From a virus (Duplodnaviria; Heunggongvirae; Uroviricota; Caudoviricetes): a DNA stretch of 44,568 nucleotides. A program made the translations under genes and the position numbers. Positions 12,000 to 21,699 of this stretch are shown one piece after another. The DNA is taken from the IMG/VR virus record IMGVR_UViG_2740892423_000027; one strand, 5' to 3'. Each line of letters opens with the position of its first letter. Within the stretch, counting starts at the first letter, position 1. Below the pieces are notes generated by a model. That model saw only the letters and a list, made by a program, of their open reading frames with translations, ran no database searches and was not told the DNA's origin.

Positions 12000-13411
12000 A
12001 GCATCATCCCGCCGCCGGGCTCTTCATCCCGTGGCTGTTCAGGCCGGTTAGCCTTTAACGAGTCGATATCGAGATCAAGTCGCTGCGGGAACAGGCTTTC
12101 GTTAGCGTTCGCGTTGGTCTGCGCCCACTCGATAAGAAGCGCGCGGTTCTCATCATCCGTGTTGACCTGCGGGAGAAGGACTTCCAGCATGCTGACGATG
12201 GCCTTAAAGCGGATTTCGTCGACCTTCACTTTTTCGCTTTCCGGCTCTTTCAGGGATGACGGCCAGCGATATTCGAAGTTGTTAATCCATGAGGAGAAAT
12301 ACAGGCTGTACGTGTTTTTAAGCTCCGGGAAGTCAGCACGCAGAGAATTGAAAAACTCAATGCTCCAGGCGCGATACTGGCAAATACGGATGAAATAGTC
12401 ATACAGCGGCTCAAGCCACTCGCGGATGTTGTCGATGTAGACTGCAACAGATCGAGCGTCTTCCGTCCCCTCGCCGAAGCCCTGGGCGAATGTTTCCGAG
12501 TTCAGAATGATAGCCGGCATGTCAGCTGCCGCAGCGATATTCTCCAGAATGTGATTCCGGGAGGAGTCGAGCGGCTTTTCCAGGTTGCTCAGGTCGATGG
12601 ATTCGATGCTGTCATTTGCGCCGATCTGCAGGACCTCGCCTGTCTTCCCTCGCTTCAGCATCATTCGTTTGATGCCGCTGAGCTTTTGCATCATGTTGTT
12701 GACGACTGAGCTCGGTCCCTGAATCTTCGTTACCAGCAAGCCACCCTTCACGGAAACCATGTCATCGGTGCGCATGGTCTGGATGAAGGATTTCAGCGGG
12801 AACAGAGCGCGCTGGTAAACGCTGCGACCGGTAAAGCCAAAGGCAGCAGAGTTATAGGCCAGATAAATCGGGTCCTCGTTCTGTTGCACAACACAGCGGG
12901 ATTTGTGATACGGCTTGCCCGCCACTCTGATCCCGTCGACCTTCTGAAAGTCCTGCGCGTTCGGATCCTGGTTCAGGACGATGCTTCCGGCAGTGTTCAG
13001 CGGGTCGAGAATGTTGAATGTCACGTTGTGCTTATACAGCGTGCGGTAGTCCACCGCAGAGGACGGCTCCTGGTTATCAACCAGCATTGCGATCGCCGAA
13101 ACACCGTAAATGCGAGAGATGCGCGCCGCATTAGCGATGTGCTTATCGGCGCCCAGTGCTTTCCACTCCCGCTCAAATGCATCGCGGAGACGCTGCTCAA
13201 TGCCATACGCCTGCGAAATGTGAACCGTGCGCGACTCGTTCATCGCCATCTTGATCGGGCGATCTACCATTTTCCCGCCCAACGGGTGGAAGAGGTAAAT
13301 CGTTTTGCAGGTCTGATAGCCAGCCGACATACCCGGCTGAATGTCATCGCTGTCCAGGAGCGTGATCAGCTCCGGCGAGCAACTGCCGATTGCGATATCA
13401 TCTTCGTTCAT
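11996..13411 (-). CDS. Portal protein
   Basis: 471-aa acidic protein immediately downstream of terminase large subunit; conserved gene order. Confidence 0.6.
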   Translation of the reverse strand: MNEDDIAIGSCSPELITLLDSDDIQPGMSAGYQTCKTIYLFHPLGGKMVDRPIKMAMNESRTVHISQAYGIEQRLRDAFEREWKALGADKHIANAARISRIYGVSAIAMLVDNQEPSSAVDYRTLYKHNVTFNILDPLNTAGSIVLNQDPNAQDFQKVDGIRVAGKPYHKSRCVVQQNEDPIYLAYNSAAFGFTGRSVYQRALFPLKSFIQTMRTDDMVSVKGGLLVTKIQGPSSVVNNMMQKLSGIKRMMLKRGKTGEVLQIGANDSIESIDLSNLEKPLDSSRNHILENIAAAADMPAIILNSETFAQGFGEGTEDARSVAVYIDNIREWLEPLYDYFIRICQYRAWSIEFFNSLRADFPELKNTYSLYFSSWINNFEYRWPSSLKEPESEKVKVDEIRFKAIVSMLEVLLPQVNTDDENRALLIEWAQTNANANESLFPQRLDLDIDSLKANRPEQPRDEEPGGGMML

Positions 13412-13422
13412 TGGTTTTCTCG

Positions 13423-14754
13423 CTAGAGTGCGTCGCCGCTACCGAACGCGATGATCAGCCCGTAGGTGTAATCATCCAGCAAATCGTCGGCGCGCTTGTG
13501 CGCGTTCTTATCGGCAAGGTGGAATCGTGATACCTGCTTATGCAGATGGTTTGCTGTTTCGCCCTTGAAGACTGCCGTCTTCTCGTAGGCGTATCGGGAT
13601 ATTTTCGCCAGCCCGCGGTAGTGATACCCAGAGGCCATAATGGCGCGCTCGTCCTTCCCTTTGCTGGTCAGGGAGGATTCAATTTTGTTGACCGGCCATC
13701 CCAGGCTCTCGCCTTTCTGCAGAAGGATGCTTCCCATACTGGCGTCTTCAATGAAAACGCCGAGGCTGCCATTTACAGCGACGCACTGGCCGGATAGCTC
13801 ATTCAGCCGGGTGAAAACGGACGGAATCCACTCTTCCAGCAGCGCGCCGTCGATCTGCACCACATCCCAGTCAAGAATGGTCAGGCGCTGAATTCCGGGC
13901 CGGGTGTCTACGGCGTAGTAAACCACCGCCGTGCCGTCGTGATCAGTACCGCCCTTAACGGCGGTATCCATGACAGCGAAAACGGCCTGGCACATCTCAG
14001 GGTAATCGACAGGCTGATCCTGGTTTTCACCCTCGAACCATTTGCGGACGTCGAACAGCGACGCAGCGGACCAGTCGACGAACTCGGCCAGGAACTCCTG
14101 CCGGAAAACGCGAGGATCGTTGTTCTGTCGCTCTTTCTCCAGCTCCTCGGGAGGAACGAAGGGGTTTGATGACGTCGGCGCGTGATGCTCATGGAAGCCG
14201 AGGTCTTTGTTATGGCAGATGGCATAGAAGAAGTTTTCTTCATCCACACCGTCAGGCGTTGAGAATACGTAGGCCCGGCCTTTTGTCGTCAGTAGCGTCG
14301 GCTTAATCGACTTCGGCCAGATTTCCTTCAGCATTTCAGGCGACTTGGTAAAAGCCGCCTCATCGATCAGGATAATTTCGTACTCACGACCACGACCGGC
14401 CAGTTTGTTGTCGTTGGTGACCCAGAAGTCAATCTTCCCGCCGTTCTTCAGCAGCAGGCGCTTTTCCTGCCGGCTGAAACTCTTTTTCAGCGGCAACAGG
14501 ATTTCTTCCAGCTTGTCGTAGATCTCCTGGTACTGGCGATACTCGGCAGTGAAGATACCGACCCGGCCGCCCAGCTCGATGTCCATGCCCGGGCGCCGAA
14601 ACTGCGACGTTGCGTAGGTCACCGCGGCGCTCGACAGCATGAAGGTTTTCCCCCAGCGTCGACCACAGCGAACCGCATTCAACTGGTGATCCCAGGAATC
14701 AGACCAGACCGTTAACTGCCCGTTGTGTAGCGTGGGTAGGTAAATGTCGGCCAT
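13423..14754 (-). CDS. Terminase large subunit
   Basis: 443 aa; N-terminal Walker A-like GRRWGKT; C-terminal nuclease-like acidic residues; follows small subunit gene. Confidence 0.85.
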   Translation of the reverse strand: MADIYLPTLHNGQLTVWSDSWDHQLNAVRCGRRWGKTFMLSSAAVTYATSQFRRPGMDIELGGRVGIFTAEYRQYQEIYDKLEEILLPLKKSFSRQEKRLLLKNGGKIDFWVTNDNKLAGRGREYEIILIDEAAFTKSPEMLKEIWPKSIKPTLLTTKGRAYVFSTPDGVDEENFFYAICHNKDLGFHEHHAPTSSNPFVPPEELEKERQNNDPRVFRQEFLAEFVDWSAASLFDVRKWFEGENQDQPVDYPEMCQAVFAVMDTAVKGGTDHDGTAVVYYAVDTRPGIQRLTILDWDVVQIDGALLEEWIPSVFTRLNELSGQCVAVNGSLGVFIEDASMGSILLQKGESLGWPVNKIESSLTSKGKDERAIMASGYHYRGLAKISRYAYEKTAVFKGETANHLHKQVSRFHLADKNAHKRADDLLDDYTYGLIIAFGSGDAL

Positions 14755-14757
14755 GAT

Positions 14758-15498
14758 TTATCTTCCCGGTATTGGCAGCGAGTTATGCACGACGATCGCG
14801 TTATCCTTGTCGCCGTCTTTCAGTACATCAATTTCGAGCTCAACCTTTTCGGTCGCGGCTTCGCGGTAAGCGGCATCAACGCGCTGCTTGATAATCGCCG
14901 CCTTGGTGTACTCCAGCGACTCAATGCGCGCAGTGTTGCGATGCATGGCTTTCTGCGCCTGAGAGATGAGGTCGTGCAGATCTTTGGCCTGCTCGCTGGC
15001 GGCTGTCTCCAGCTCTGTCTGCCAGCGCCCGATATTCTCTGCCGCTGTCAGGCTCGCCGCTCGCAGCCAGAAAAGCTCATCGTCGAGCGTGAGCATCTGG
15101 GCATCTTCGGTGATGGCGTCAGAGAGCAGCATCCGGCGGCCATAGCCACCATGCTTTAATGCGTTCTGGTTGCCAGGCTGGAAGGCGTTCGTCGGCGGAG
15201 CAGTGCGCGATCCGCGTATCGGTTTCGTTTCTGGAGATTTTGAGTGGGCGCCTGTGTCGGGCTGGTTTTTTTTCACCTCCCCGTTTTTACTGACCCCGCC
15301 TTTCTCCTTCTGCGAATTCGCAGATTTGTTCGCACTTTTTTTTTGCGAATTCGCACCGTAAGTCGTTACTTTGATATAGCGTTTCGCAGATGAGTAATTC
15401 AGTCCCTGCGCTGCGCACCAGTCTTTCGGGGATATTCCTGTTTTGGCATGCTCGGCGAGGAACTGGTGTTGCAGTGCTCCCCAGTCCGGTTTTGCCAT
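14758..15498 (-). CDS. Terminase small subunit (putative)
   Basis: 246 aa, N-terminal HTH-like segment (GISPKDWCAAQGLNYSSAKRY), immediately upstream of large subunit with 3-nt spacing; contains palindromic DNA repeats. Confidence 0.5.
   Translation of the reverse strand: MAKPDWGALQHQFLAEHAKTGISPKDWCAAQGLNYSSAKRYIKVTTYGANSQKKSANKSANSQKEKGGVSKNGEVKKNQPDTGAHSKSPETKPIRGSRTAPPTNAFQPGNQNALKHGGYGRRMLLSDAITEDAQMLTLDDELFWLRAASLTAAENIGRWQTELETAASEQAKDLHDLISQAQKAMHRNTARIESLEYTKAAIIKQRVDAAYREAATEKVELEIDVLKDGDKDNAIVVHNSLPIPGR
15311..15355. repeat. Two identical 12-bp palindromes TGCGAATTCGCA, 33 bp apart, inside terminase small subunit gene (pac-site candidate)
   Basis: Exact copies at 15311-15322 and 15344-15355, separated by a T-run. 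Confidence 0.5.
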
Positions 15499-15558
15499 AG
15501 TCCTTACCTCGTTGTGACATTATCGAGCCACCTCTGGAAGTGGCTCTGTAATGCCCGA

Positions 15559-16143
15559 TCAGTCCTTAATGAACTCTTCCGTGTGAATGCCGATTTCACC
15601 AGTAAGCAGCTGAGCACTGGTTGCGTCGATGTTCACTGATGTATGAGGGTTGGCGTTTTCGTTAAGCCATTTGATTACGGGCTTCACCACGTCTTCGAAG
15701 GAGGAGCTGCGAGCCTTATTAACGTCGGCAACGTGGCAGTCACCAAGGCACGGACCGCGACCAAGGAAGCAGTTAATACAGGCATGGTCATGGATTTTTT
15801 CTGGCGCCTTTGCTGCGCCCGCGCCACCAATGACGGCTCGGCATTTGGAAATCTGAGGCTCAAGGTGGATGGTAATGTCTACCCCCTCACTTTTGTCGCC
15901 ATCATCTTCACACACCGGGAAGCAACGCACACTGTCAACGAGGTGGTCACGAAAGATACGTGTTTCCAGCGAATCGGGTGCTGTAAATAACTCAATATTT
16001 ACTCCGGAACCGAGATTAATTTTCGGTTTATCTCTCGAGTACCCCTCAAACAATAGGCTTTCGACCAGATTGCGGGCGTTGATAATGCTGGAAGGCTGAG
16101 AAAGCTGCAGAAGCTGAACTTTCCAATACTTGATAACTTTCAT
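15559..16143 (-). CDS. Hypothetical Cys/His-rich protein between lysis cassette and terminase
   Basis: ATG at 16143 preceded by AAAGGAAAA; contains CFPVC and HDHACINCFLGRGPCLGDCH clusters suggesting metal binding; family not recognised. Confidence 0.5.
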   Translation of the reverse strand: MKVIKYWKVQLLQLSQPSSIINARNLVESLLFEGYSRDKPKINLGSGVNIELFTAPDSLETRIFRDHLVDSVRCFPVCEDDGDKSEGVDITIHLEPQISKCRAVIGGAGAAKAPEKIHDHACINCFLGRGPCLGDCHVADVNKARSSSFEDVVKPVIKWLNENANPHTSVNIDATSAQLLTGEIGIHTEEFIKD

Positions 16144-16294
16144 GCTGTTTTCCTTTAGGTGTGAGCCTGTCGTACAGGAACGCCGCCCGAGAGAGGTCGC
16201 CACCTTTAACGGCGCTCCTCAGGCTCACGACTGAAAGACTCTCGATGGTTTGCGTGTACGATACGCATTAAAAAGCCCCGCTATTGCGAGGCTG

Positions 16295-16762
16295 TTATTT
16301 CAGGCACTGCGTGGTGATGTATTCCTGCAGGGCTCTCAGGGCTGTTTGGTCGCTGAGGATTCCGGACCGGATACCGAGAACGTTTCGTCCAGCAACTGCA
16401 GAGAGTTCGACGGTGGCATCATTGCCCATGCCGGAGGCGCTGGAGGTTTTGGCTGAGGCTGGCACAGGGCATTTTCCTTTGACGAGCACCCGACCACCAT
16501 TATCAAGCTTGCGCCGAAGAGCATCATTTTCAGCTTTCGCATCCGCTAACTCCTTTGTGTATTTAGCATCGAGTGCATCTGCATCACGCTGGCGCTGCTG
16601 CATGTCAGTAATGGTGGCGTTCACCTTCTCCAGTTCACTGGCCTTGTTATCGCGCTGCTCTTTGTAGGCGATGGCGTTATCACGGTAATGATTAACAGCC
16701 CATGACAGGCAAACGATGATGCAGATAACCAGAGCTGAGATAATCGCGGTTACTCTGCTCAT
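16295..16762 (-). CDS. Rz: Rz i-spanin
   Basis: N-terminal about 85 residues near-identical to lambda Rz ([31 protein letters not shown]...[17 protein letters not shown]); C-terminal half diverges; overlaps R stop (ATGA). Confidence 0.9.
   Translation of the reverse strand: MSRVTAIISALVICIIVCLSWAVNHYRDNAIAYKEQRDNKASELEKVNATITDMQQRQRDADALDAKYTKELADAKAENDALRRKLDNGGRVLVKGKCPVPASAKTSSASGMGNDATVELSAVAGRNVLGIRSGILSDQTALRALQEYITTQCLK
16336..16542 (-). CDS. Rz1: Rz1 o-spanin lipoprotein, embedded in +1 frame of Rz
   Basis: Embedded [24 protein letters not shown] with lipobox Cys and Pro-rich region, matching lambda Rz1 architecture. Confidence 0.8.
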   Translation of the reverse strand: MRKLKMMLFGASLIMVVGCSSKENALCQPQPKPPAPPAWAMMPPSNSLQLLDETFSVSGPESSATKQP

Positions 16763-17235
16763 ACCTCAATCTCTCTGACCGTTCCGCCAGCTTCTTTGAA
16801 TTTTGCAATCAGGCTGTCAGCCTTATGCTCGAACTGACCATAACCAGCGCCCGGCAGTGAAGCCCAGATATTGCTGCAACGGTCGATTGCCTGACGAATA
16901 TCACCGTGGTCAATCATCGGTAAAGCGCCACGCTCTTTAATCTGTTGCAGTGCCACAGCGTCCTGGCTTTTCGGAGAGAAGTCTTTCAGGCCAAGCTGCT
17001 TGCGGTAGGCATCCCACCAACGGGAAAGAAGCTGGTAGCGTCCGGCGGCTGTTGATTTGAGTTTGGGGTTTAGCGTGACAAGTTTGCGAGGGTGATCGGA
17101 GTAATCAGTGAACAGCTCTCCGCCAACAATGACGTCATAACCATGATTTCTGGTTTTCTGCCGTCCGTTATCAGTTCCCTCTGACCACGCCAGCATATCG
17201 AGGAACGCCTTACGTTGATTATTGATTTCCACCAT
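16759..17235 (-). CDS. R: Endolysin R (lytic transglycosylase)
   Basis: 158 aa, near-identical to lambda R ([53 protein letters not shown]...). Confidence 0.95.
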   Translation of the reverse strand: MVEINNQRKAFLDMLAWSEGTDNGRQKTRNHGYDVIVGGELFTDYSDHPRKLVTLNPKLKSTAAGRYQLLSRWWDAYRKQLGLKDFSPKSQDAVALQQIKERGALPMIDHGDIRQAIDRCSNIWASLPGAGYGQFEHKADSLIAKFKEAGGTVREIEV

Positions 17236-17542
17236 CTTCTACTCCGGCTTTTTTAGCAGCGAAGCGTTTGATAAGCGAACCAATCGAGTCAGTACCGATG
17301 TAGCCGATGAACACGCTCGTTATATAAGCGAGATTGCTACTTAGTCCGGCGAAGTCGAGAAGGTCACGAATGAACCAGGCGATAATGGCGCACATCGTTG
17401 CGTCGATTACTGTTTTTGTAAACGCACCGCCATTATATCTGCCGCGAAGGTACGCCATTGCAAACGCAAGGATTGCCCCGATGCCTTGTTCCTTTGCCGC
17501 GAGAATGGCGGCTAACAGGTCATGTTTTTCTGGCATCTTCAT
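17219..17542 (-). CDS. S: Holin S (dual-start S107/S105 type)
   Basis: 107 aa, essentially identical to lambda S ([69 protein letters not shown]...). Confidence 0.95.
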   Translation of the reverse strand: MKMPEKHDLLAAILAAKEQGIGAILAFAMAYLRGRYNGGAFTKTVIDATMCAIIAWFIRDLLDFAGLSSNLAYITSVFIGYIGTDSIGSLIKRFAAKKAGVEDGGNQ

Positions 17543-17663
17543 GTCTTAGCCCCAATAAGGGGATTTGCTCTATTTATTTAGGAATAAGGTCGATTACTGA
17601 TAGAACAAATCCAGGCTACTGTGTTTAGTAATCAGATTTGTTCGTGACCGATATGCACGGGCA

Positions 17664-17697
17664 AAACGGCAGGAGGTTGTTAGCGCGACCTCCTGCC
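17664..17697 (-). terminator. Strong hairpin between tRNAs and holin (tR'-like candidate on late transcript)
   Basis: 10-bp perfect stem GGCAGGAGGT/ACCTCCTGCC with 10-nt loop at 17668-17697; on the minus strand it is followed by GTTTTG. Confidence 0.4.
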
Positions 17698-17784
17698 ACC
17701 CGCTTTCACGAAGATCATGTGTAGAAGGCCGCAGCGTAACTATCACTGATGAATTCAGGATAGTCAGTGGCTACGGCTCAGTTA

Positions 17785-17860
17785 TGGTGCTGGTTAACGG
17801 ACTTGAACCGCTACCCATTCGCTTACAAGGCGACTGCTCTACCATTGGAGCTAAACCAGC
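17785..17860 (-). tRNA. tRNA-Thr (anticodon UGU), phage-borne
   Basis: Manual cloverleaf: 7/7 acceptor pairs, 4-bp D stem, anticodon stem with loop CUUGUAA, T-loop UUCAAGU, encoded 3' CCA; folded by hand only. Confidence 0.7.
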
Positions 17861-17865
17861 ATGTT

Positions 17866-17940
17866 TGGCGGGACAGCGTGGACTCGAACCACGATAAGAA
17901 GGTTAACAGCCTTCCGTAATGACCTTTATACGACTGACCC
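17866..17940 (-). tRNA. tRNA-Asn (anticodon GUU), phage-borne
   Basis: Manual cloverleaf: anticodon stem GAAGG/CCUUC with loop CUGUUAA, T arm CGUGG-UUCGAGU-CCACG, encoded CCA; one mismatch each in acceptor and D stems. Confidence 0.55.
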
Positions 17941-18004
17941 AAATAAAAAAAATCCACCGTTGCAACTTAAGAGTCACTAACGGCAGCTTACCTTCTAATT
18001 ATGG

Positions 18005-18523
18005 CTAAATGGATAATTGCATGTCAAGGCCTTTAACAGCAACATGCTTAACTTTCTCAACACGTTTACGCATTTTGAAAGCATTTTGCATTGGCTGGTA
18101 CAAAACAAATAACGACGCTTTCAGGATGTCGTCAATTTCGTTTCTACAGGTTGCCAGTGAAGGTTTTCTCCATCCCTCGCCACCACGTCCACACATCTTG
18201 CGTGGCTTTGCAGTCGCGTGATAGTAGGATGCAATTGCTCGCTTAGATGAACCATGAGCGTAGTAGCTTAGGAGGATGCCAAAGGCTTTCTTGTCAATGT
18301 ACATGACGGAATCGACGACCTGAGAAATCAACATTCCATCATCATCATTACACATTGGCCTTGTCATAACTCTTCCCGGCTCTACGCTCTCCATGAACTT
18401 CGCTATTACGCTGCTCATGCGCTTTTCCAGACGACCTGAATAAACCCATGCGCCCCACAGTTCAAGCCAGCCATTCAGCCACTCATGCTGTTCTTTGGTG
18501 AGGTTTAGTTCTCTTATGCCCAC
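18005..18523 (-). CDS. Late-gene antiterminator Q (Phage_antitermQ / QuuD-82-like family)
   Basis: 172 aa with [11 protein letters not shown] and RPMCNDDD motifs resembling QuuD-type Q proteins; canonical position between nin/phosphatase genes and the lysis cassette. Confidence 0.65.
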   Translation of the reverse strand: MGIRELNLTKEQHEWLNGWLELWGAWVYSGRLEKRMSSVIAKFMESVEPGRVMTRPMCNDDDGMLISQVVDSVMYIDKKAFGILLSYYAHGSSKRAIASYYHATAKPRKMCGRGGEGWRKPSLATCRNEIDDILKASLFVLYQPMQNAFKMRKRVEKVKHVAVKGLDMQLSI

Positions 18524-19185
18524 GCGCCTTCTCCCTGTACCTGAATCAATGTGAGGTTTCCGCAGAACACTGCGCCGGTATCGATATACATCTGGTTGGC
18601 AAATTTGAGTGGTTTCACTGCTGGCGTATGACCAAAGATGAACGTGTCCGCGCCTTTGATTTCTTTCACGATCCCGTCTTGTGAGTTGCCGATTCGTTCG
18701 CGGTTCCAGATTACCTGCTGATGATCAACTGGCTTTCCAAACTCGTATTCATCACAAGGATAATCGGCGTGGCAAATGACATATTTTTTACCTTTGCTCA
18801 CCAGTTCGATGATTAACGGAAGTTCTTCTGCTTTATGGGCAAGAGCTTTAGCCAGAATCTCTTTGTCGTAATCGAGATTGAAGAACCAGCCACCGCCATT
18901 AAGCAGCCAGTGATTAACGTTTCCACGCTCTGATAAGCCATCAATCATCATTTGCTCATGGTTTCCACGTACAGCTCTGAACCAGGGGAATGTGATTAAT
19001 TCCAGGCATTCAACGTTCTCTGCACCACGATCAACCAAATCTCCCACCGAGATAAGCAGGTCTTTTTTGTTGTCGAATCCAATCGTATCCAGTTTGTTCA
19101 TCAGGTTCGTGTAGCATCCGTGCAGATCGCCAACTACCCAAATATTTCGGTATTTGCTGCCATCAATTCTTTCGTAGATATTCAT
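18514..19185 (-). CDS. Ser/Thr protein phosphatase (lambda PPase, NinI-like)
   Basis: 223 aa near-identical to lambda phosphatase: [22 protein letters not shown] and GNHE metallophosphatase motifs. Confidence 0.9.
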   Translation of the reverse strand: MNIYERIDGSKYRNIWVVGDLHGCYTNLMNKLDTIGFDNKKDLLISVGDLVDRGAENVECLELITFPWFRAVRGNHEQMMIDGLSERGNVNHWLLNGGGWFFNLDYDKEILAKALAHKAEELPLIIELVSKGKKYVICHADYPCDEYEFGKPVDHQQVIWNRERIGNSQDGIVKEIKGADTFIFGHTPAVKPLKFANQMYIDTGAVFCGNLTLIQVQGEGAWA

Positions 19186-19787
19186 GCAGCCTCACTTCTG
19201 CTGTTTCGCAGTTTTTTAAGTTTCTGTTGATACTCCGCCTTGATGGTCCTGCACTCTTCGACAGTCCAGCGATGGCGGTTATGGTTTGATTCGATTTCGT
19301 CTACTGCTTCCTGCCCGATGCGGCTAATCAGTTCGACGCGATACGGAACGAGATTTCCGCTTTTGTGCTGGTTGCACACCACGCATTGCTTGTGAATATT
19401 GCGTTCATCAAATCGGAGTTGAGGTGCCGCAGCAGTTGTCCGGTAATGTCCGGCATCCCACTGAGCAGACGTGAGCGTTCCGCACGAGATACATGGTAAG
19501 TCGCGGTCTCTTTCTCTGATGAAGGCGTTTACGGCTTGTTGGGCTTGTTTAATCCAGTAACTGCGGTGCTTTAAGGCGAGTTTTCGAATCTTCAGTTTAT
19601 CTTTCTGTTTCTGCTCCTCTCGTCGTCGTTTCTTCTCTGCTGCTTTTTCCGCTTTTTTTCGCTGTTTACTTTGTAGTTTGAGTGCTAACTGAGTTCCGTG
19701 TTCCGGGCAGCACCACCACTGATTTGAGAATGCCGGGTGAAACCATTCCTTGCATATTTTGCATTTCCTTCGCGCTGGTTTAGCCAT
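19182..19787 (-). CDS. ninG: NinG (Rap) recombination protein
   Basis: 201 aa, N-terminus [31 protein letters not shown] characteristic of lambda NinG; ATGA coupling to phosphatase gene. Confidence 0.9.
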   Translation of the reverse strand: MAKPARRKCKICKEWFHPAFSNQWWCCPEHGTQLALKLQSKQRKKAEKAAEKKRRREEQKQKDKLKIRKLALKHRSYWIKQAQQAVNAFIRERDRDLPCISCGTLTSAQWDAGHYRTTAAAPQLRFDERNIHKQCVVCNQHKSGNLVPYRVELISRIGQEAVDEIESNHNRHRWTVEECRTIKAEYQQKLKKLRNSRSEAA

Positions 19788-19956
19788 CGTCTTCTTCCTC
19801 GTACATTGAGCTATTCGGATCGCTCATCAGTTCTGCACAGCAGTGCTCACACACGTGAACTTCCAGCACATGCAGCTTCTGACCGCAGTTAGCGCACGTT
19901 AAAGCCCGCTCGACGCTTTCTTTCTGGTATTGGAGGGATTGGGATGGGCTAAGCAT
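19780..19956 (-). CDS. ninF: NinF
   Basis: 58-aa ORF (below ORF-track cutoff) translated manually: [58 protein letters not shown], matching lambda NinF; stop overlaps ninG start. Confidence 0.85.
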   Translation of the reverse strand: MLSPSQSLQYQKESVERALTCANCGQKLHVLEVHVCEHCCAELMSDPNSSMYEEEDDG

Positions 19957-20308
19957 TATTGGCGTCCTGCATCATGAGAAAGACAATCATGGCGGCGCGG
20001 AGGGAATTTTCATGTATAGCTCGCTTAGATTTACAGTCGGCCACACCACGTGCACCCCACTCGTCTTCATCGAGATTGATGATGCTAATCCTGTACTTCT
20101 CAATAATCGGCCATGAGGCGCTAGGATCATTGCAGTAGTCAGGCAAAGGGTTTAATGGCTCAAAAGTTGTATCAGCATTTCCGTAATACCATTTGTTGGT
20201 GTTATTCCCTGATGTTTCCGGTTTACATGCCCAAAGGCCTTTAAAAATTATGTCTCCTACCATTCTGTTAATTTCAAAATCACTTAACTGTGAATAATCC
20301 ATTGTCAT
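19949..20308 (-). CDS. Nin-region protein (NinX-like, hypothetical)
   Basis: ATG at 20308 overlaps ninE stop (ATGA); product [19 protein letters not shown]...; sits between ninE and ninF where P22-like phages carry ninX. Confidence 0.4.
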   Translation of the reverse strand: MTMDYSQLSDFEINRMVGDIIFKGLWACKPETSGNNTNKWYYGNADTTFEPLNPLPDYCNDPSASWPIIEKYRISIINLDEDEWGARGVADCKSKRAIHENSLRAAMIVFLMMQDANNA

Positions 20309-20481
20309 TTCCTCGCACGATGTCTTAGCCACCGGATATCCCACAGGTGAGCCGTGTAGTTGAAGGTTTTTACGTCAGATTCTTTTGGGATTGGCTTGCG
20401 TTTATTTCTGGAACGTTTCGTTGGAAGGTATTTGCAGTTTTCGCAGATTATGTCGGTGATACTTCGTCGCTGTCGTCTCAT
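20305..20481 (-). CDS. ninE: NinE
   Basis: 58-aa ORF translated manually: [58 protein letters not shown], matching lambda NinE; start overlaps ninB stop. Confidence 0.85.
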   Translation of the reverse strand: MRRQRRSITDIICENCKYLPTKRSRNKRKPIPKESDVKTFNYTAHLWDIRWLRHRARK

Positions 20482-20888
20482 TCGTACCTCCTGTCGATAA
20501 ATCTGACACCCTGACCAATAGCCCAGGCTGTTGTGTACTCGATCAGACTTGCCATACGCTTCACGCTCATCTGCGCGCTGCTTTCGCGAATGTTGACGAA
20601 TTCGCCTTCAAGGCCGCGCAAAACATCAGCTTCCTGTTTTGTTGCCACTGCATGACCGCTAATCAACAAAACCTTCCACTGTTCCGGTTTTAACCATTTG
20701 CCGCACCATTGAACCTGACGAGCGATATCCGCCAGCATCGCGTGAAATTTTGCGTTCTGGTCAAGATTGCGCTTGTAGTCAGTAATGCGGATGGTGACTG
20801 GCTTGTCTTTATCGAGTGGTGTTGCGAGGATGGCATTTATTGCGGCTTGCTGTTGTTGCTTACTTCGGAGGAAGATTGTTTGCTTCAT
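20478..20888 (-). CDS. ninB: NinB (Orf-family recombination mediator)
   Basis: 136 aa with [11 protein letters not shown] and [16 protein letters not shown] segments paralleling lambda NinB. Confidence 0.75.
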   Translation of the reverse strand: MKQTIFLRSKQQQQAAINAILATPLDKDKPVTIRITDYKRNLDQNAKFHAMLADIARQVQWCGKWLKPEQWKVLLISGHAVATKQEADVLRGLEGEFVNIRESSAQMSVKRMASLIEYTTAWAIGQGVRFIDRRYE

Positions 20889-20890
20889 CG

Positions 20891-21235
20891 TTACTCCTTC
20901 AATTTGACTCCAGCAGCGCGGATGTTTTCCTCATAAGCATCCATTGCATCACTGAAGCCATTGGAATAATCAACAGTAAACCCTTTGGCTAATGCTTCTC
21001 TGCTGTCGATAAACTTTGGCGCGGTTATTTCAATAGCTGATCGCGATGCCTGCCACGTTTGCCAGTGGCCTTGAACATCGTCCATCACGTATTGACCACC
21101 AATATCACCACTGCCAATTTCATGGTGATTTTCAGGGTAACGGATAAGGTCTGAAGATTCGCCCCCACGTCGCAACCAGCTTTCTTCAAACTGCTTTCTT
21201 GATTCGTCCATATCAATCCCCGTTAGTCGTTTCAC
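20891..21235 (-). CDS. Hypothetical nin-region protein
   Basis: 114-aa ORF, 3-nt spacing to ninB; product not recognised. Confidence 0.4.
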   Translation of the reverse strand: MKRLTGIDMDESRKQFEESWLRRGGESSDLIRYPENHHEIGSGDIGGQYVMDDVQGHWQTWQASRSAIEITAPKFIDSREALAKGFTVDYSNGFSDAMDAYEENIRAAGVKLKE

Positions 21236-21434
21236 TCACGAATCTGACAAAACCAGCCATGTTAATTTGCATGAGTTTTTTCAACACTTTGTCTCGCCGG
21301 CTACGTTTTGGTTTTGGCCTGTGGTTGAATCTTTCACAAACTGGAAGGCTTGATGATTTCCAGTACCTATTACGCCTTGCTCCATCTTCCGCCATATCGG
21401 CATGAATAAGGTCTGCTAGTGTGCTCATATTCAC
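21213..21434 (-). CDS. Hypothetical small basic protein
   Basis: 73-aa ORF overlapping next gene by 23 nt; start uncertain. Confidence 0.3.
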   Translation of the reverse strand: MNMSTLADLIHADMAEDGARRNRYWKSSSLPVCERFNHRPKPKRSRRDKVLKKLMQINMAGFVRFVSETTNGD

Positions 21435-21443
21435 CTCTTCCAG

Positions 21444-21644
21444 TTACATTGGTTTTGTAATGTTGCTAGTCATCGTTCGAATAACAAAATGCGTAAGTAA
21501 CCTTGCTTTCCACATGTAAATCTCTTCAAGGCGAGATAAATCTACGAATACCGGACCTTTGTAATCTGGTCTTGATGCCCTTATGTATGAGCTAATAGTT
21601 TGTGCATCTTGCTCGTCCAGATTCATGACTTCCCTCTCCCCCAA
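21444..21644 (-). CDS. Hypothetical small protein (ren position)
   Basis: 66-aa ORF directly downstream of helicase gene. Confidence 0.3.
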   Translation of the reverse strand: MGEREVMNLDEQDAQTISSYIRASRPDYKGPVFVDLSRLEEIYMWKARLLTHFVIRTMTSNITKPM

Positions 21645-21699
21645 ATAAAAAGGCCTGCGATTACCAGCAGGCCTGTTACAAGCTCAGTGATGTAGATGG

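Noticed and set aside
15559-16203. Longer start (MATSLGRR..., 214 aa) for the Cys/His-rich protein
   Set aside because: Upstream extension lacks an RBS and overlaps the Rz-terminase intergenic region; ATG at 16143 with AAAGGAAAA upstream is preferred.
17543-17784. Expected toxin/virulence cargo between tRNAs and holin, as in Stx phages
   Set aside because: No ORF of meaningful length on either strand; region holds only a hairpin and the S upstream sequence.
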